Origin: Raja brachyura
Taxonomy: Eukaryota
Assembly (NCBI GenBank): GCA_963514005.1
Contig: OY740782.1
Location: 96,782,001-96,846,000 of the forward strand
DNA length: 64,000 bases
Reading direction: 5' to 3'
Of the stretch, positions 60,751-64,000 are shown piece after piece. The notes beneath the pieces were generated by a model, which made no database searches, had not been told where the DNA came from, and saw only the letters and a list, made by a program, of their open reading frames with translations. The number at the start of each line of letters is the position of its first letter. Within the stretch, counting starts at the first letter, position 1. Position numbers and translations under genes: made by a program.

Positions 60751-63700
60751 TGCTTGTTGGTCAGTATTAATTCAATGGGCTGAAGGCCGTGTTTCTATGC
60801 GGTGTGGTTATCTATGATAATTCTTCCAAGAAAATCTTTCTGTGAGCAATGATAACCTCTCTGTACTTCATGGACTTTCCTCCATTCTTGTCTCTTGATG
60901 GGAGGGATTATTTTTATTTCCTTAACAAGAAGCTTTCATTCAATTAATAACAGATGCAGAGTACTGAAAAGACCAAGACTGCCATTGTCAGTTTGCAAGC
61001 AACAATCAAACAGTTATCAAATTACAATGTGGTCAACCTCATATACAACACACTCAAGTGCCCTGCAGTGAACAGTGTTCACGGAGGGGATCCAGAGTTC
61101 CCATGGGCACCTTGTGCTCCCTCTCCGGGGACAAGTGAGCAATGGGTTGGATTCTTGGCTCTTATCTTTCAATGTCTGACACTTTATTTTGGATTTAAGG
61201 GACCTACTGGAGGATCTGATAGTCTCTCTATAGGGCATGGACCAATTATTTTTAGGGCTGGAGTAAAGTGATCCTCAACAATATATATAGTACCTAGAAT
61301 TGGGGTGCATGTGATGACGTCTGGCATGTGCTGAAATCTCATTAGAATGAGCTGGGGAGTCATGGCGTGCAGGTTTATTCTGCAGGGAGAGTCACTGAGA
61401 TGCCAAGCTAGTTCATACTTGATGCCAAAACCAACACACATGCACAATGGAGAGAAACATAACAGCTTGCTACATTTCCATATTAGACATTACCCGATCC
61501 CATAGATCTGCCTCTACATTGTTCCTTCATGTGGCCTTTGTGCAATGAAGCTATCCATGAGCTCCTGTATGGAATCACGTATCCAATTGGCTGAAGAAGG
61601 GTCCCAACCCAAAACATCACCTATTCATGTGCTCCAGAGATGCTGCCTTACCCGTTGTGTTATCTCACACTTTGTGTTCTGTGCAAGATTCAGCATTTGC
61701 TGATCCTTGTGTATCCAATTGTTCCACCCTGCTTGAAACCCCTCTCCGTATTTCTAATAGGTCCCAAGACTCAGCTGTGATGTAAAATTTTAGAACATAA
61801 GAAATATGAAGGGACTATTGGTCATGTTTCCTCTCAAGCGTGCTCAGCTATTCAACAGGATTGTGGCCTCGTCTCTGCTTTCTTGTCTACTCCCCATAGC
61901 CCCCCGTAGCCCTTGGCCACCCAGTAATTCAAAAGTCTATCTAGCTCAGACTTACATATACTTCGTAATTCAAGAACTGCACAGGTGCCGGAGTAGAGCC
62001 TTCAACCATTTCTGAGAGAAAACAAGCCCTCACCTCAGTCTGAAATTGATGTTGTAATATACCTTTTAGCTGCATTGTGAAAGAACTTGTGAATTCCATC
62101 AGATCAGCAGCCAACCAACCCAGAATCTAACCTATTGATAAGGTATAAATTTGAGCAGGTCAGGACTATCATTTCTTATTTTGACTTCACAGCTGCTGAT
62201 GACTTTTTGAATGGTGTGATAATGAGTGTTATAAGTACAACTGGTCAGAAAATCAGCTGTGAGTGGGACTTAAATTTCAATTCCCTTCATATTCCATGAT
62301 CCCACCTTGTAGAATATGACTGCAACCTAAACTTGCCTTGATTTTTACACCCACGGATAATGCTGCAAACCTATCAATCCATTCTTCACAATTTAAGACT
62401 GACACAAGTTCAAATGTGTATCTGTTCTGAACAGGAAAGGAAATAAAGGATATTTTAAAGCATATAATAGTCGCTTTTATAGTCAGCTGTATTAGGTTAA
62501 AAAAAACAATCAAACTGTGGCAGTCTCCCTGGGATGTAATACTGCTAAGAAGGAAATCCAACCCATTAACATTTAACAGATATAACATTTCCACCAGCTG
62601 GATTTGAATAACAAGTTATAGATGTACCTCCGTCCTGCAGCTTCATGTGCCATATTTTCATCCAGAGGCAGAGCTGAGGTCACGTTTCATGCACTGAACT
62701 CGTGTTGTGCTGTGGTTTGAGAATTAAGACAGATATCAGCTGTCTTTTTGAGTTACTAATTGCCTTCAACATGACACAAAAGGATAATATTTTGACTACA
62801 TGTTAACATTTGGTCCGCAGGCACATTATCAATAGTTGGATTAACACACTGCATTTATGCTCCGTAATATTCTGTAGCATTTTACAGCCTCTCCTAAAAA
62901 CAAATATTCAGTGCAGGTATTTTGTTTAACATGGACCATTAAAATTCAAAACCTATTGCAATAAGCAAAGATAATCAAATACTTAGAGATGAAAGCATTT
63001 ACAATGTACAAAAGGTAATTTCACCCACAAATATCATGACTAAAATTTAATGTCATGAATAATTTATATTGTCTCTGTTGAAACAATTTTATTGAAGGCT
63101 ATTAAGAGGTTATACATTCAATCAGTTACAGGGCATTTGGTAGCTGTCCAGAATGGTTTATCAGGCACATTACTGCCAGGAAACATTTGAATCTATGGAA
63201 CAAAGATTAATTATAAGAATCTCACAGATAGGTTTTCAGACTGAGCAAAATTGATATTGAATTTTAAAATAATGGAGAACAAACACCACAAACTAGTTAC
63301 ACCACACAGACAGAATACCACAACACATTGAATAAGGTTTAGTCTCATCAAAATTAAAATAAAACCACATTTTTTTAATTGATTGATGCGGTCAAAACTG
63401 TCATGTTCCCAATTCTCACTCCTCCCTGGTCATGCTGAAAAGACAATGCTGGTCTTTCTCCATGAATCAGTGCAGCTCTGGTCATATGCATGATGGCAGG
63501 GGAATTCAAAATATTGATGTAGGGATGATGAAGACATGACAAGATAATCCAAGCCTGAGAGATGTGTTACTGTAAGGACAGCTTGGACGTGTTGATAGGT
63601 TTGACACTGTTACTGGTACTGAACAAGGGACTGGATGTATTTGCCAAAGCTTTCAGAGTTCCTCAACTGCATCATGTAGCAATGTTACAAAATTTTGAGA

Positions 63701-64000
63701 TTTTAAAAATCAAGTCTGTAATTTATCCCATCAGATAAAGCATAAAAAGAAGTTTAATTTGACACCTAATTTACTTTCATATCTTCAGTATTAAGAAAGT
63801 TATGGCCATTTTCATACTCGGAAATGAGCATCTTGCTTCCCATTGCCTTTCAATTGACTTAACTCAAAAACTGTGATCTGGAAAAGTTAAAAGTCCATAA
63901 CATTCTTAAAAATTAAGAGAACTCAATGAAATTTTCAGTTATTATAGATTGAAGCATTCTGAAACAAATATTAAAAATCTTACTTGGATTATCTGAAATT

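Noticed and set aside
1-64000. Exons of expected syntenic neighbours SCIN or VWDE
   Set aside because: I could not find gelsolin-repeat or VWD/EGF coding sequence by eye, so none is reported.
63678-64000. AT-rich segment that looks like the start of another interspersed DNA element
   Set aside because: Truncated by the window edge, with no second copy or terminus here to support a call.

Overview
Eukaryotic, repeat-dense vertebrate DNA. The repeat families (HE1/V-SINE-type tRNA SINEs, abundant CR1 LINEs, Penelope GIY-YIG elements, DeuSINE relics) point to a cartilaginous fish, probably a skate or ray (inference). One host gene can be rebuilt by hand on the minus strand: a C7orf78-like gene with coding exons 47384-46974, 44825-44741, 35138-34996, 34904-34827 (or read-through to 34764) and a candidate last exon 29597-29538, giving about 258 aa. 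A candidate RFX/forkhead promoter lies near 54.3 kb. Most other ORFs in the track are transposon-derived or spurious. Notable mobile DNA includes: a near full-length CR1 (esterase ORF1, APE-RT ORF2, 149-bp 5' monomers) nested antisense inside an older CR1; a composite non-autonomous Helitron (8240-11698); a decayed DIRS-type element (about 56.0-58.7 kb); Rex1/Babar fragments; MITEs; and more than 12 dispersed Penelope-terminus units carrying a minimal hammerhead-ribozyme motif (CUGAnGA-stem II-GAAAC-GUH), some as head-to-head inverted dimers. Repeat boundaries are approximate, and family names come from recalled motifs, not a database search.
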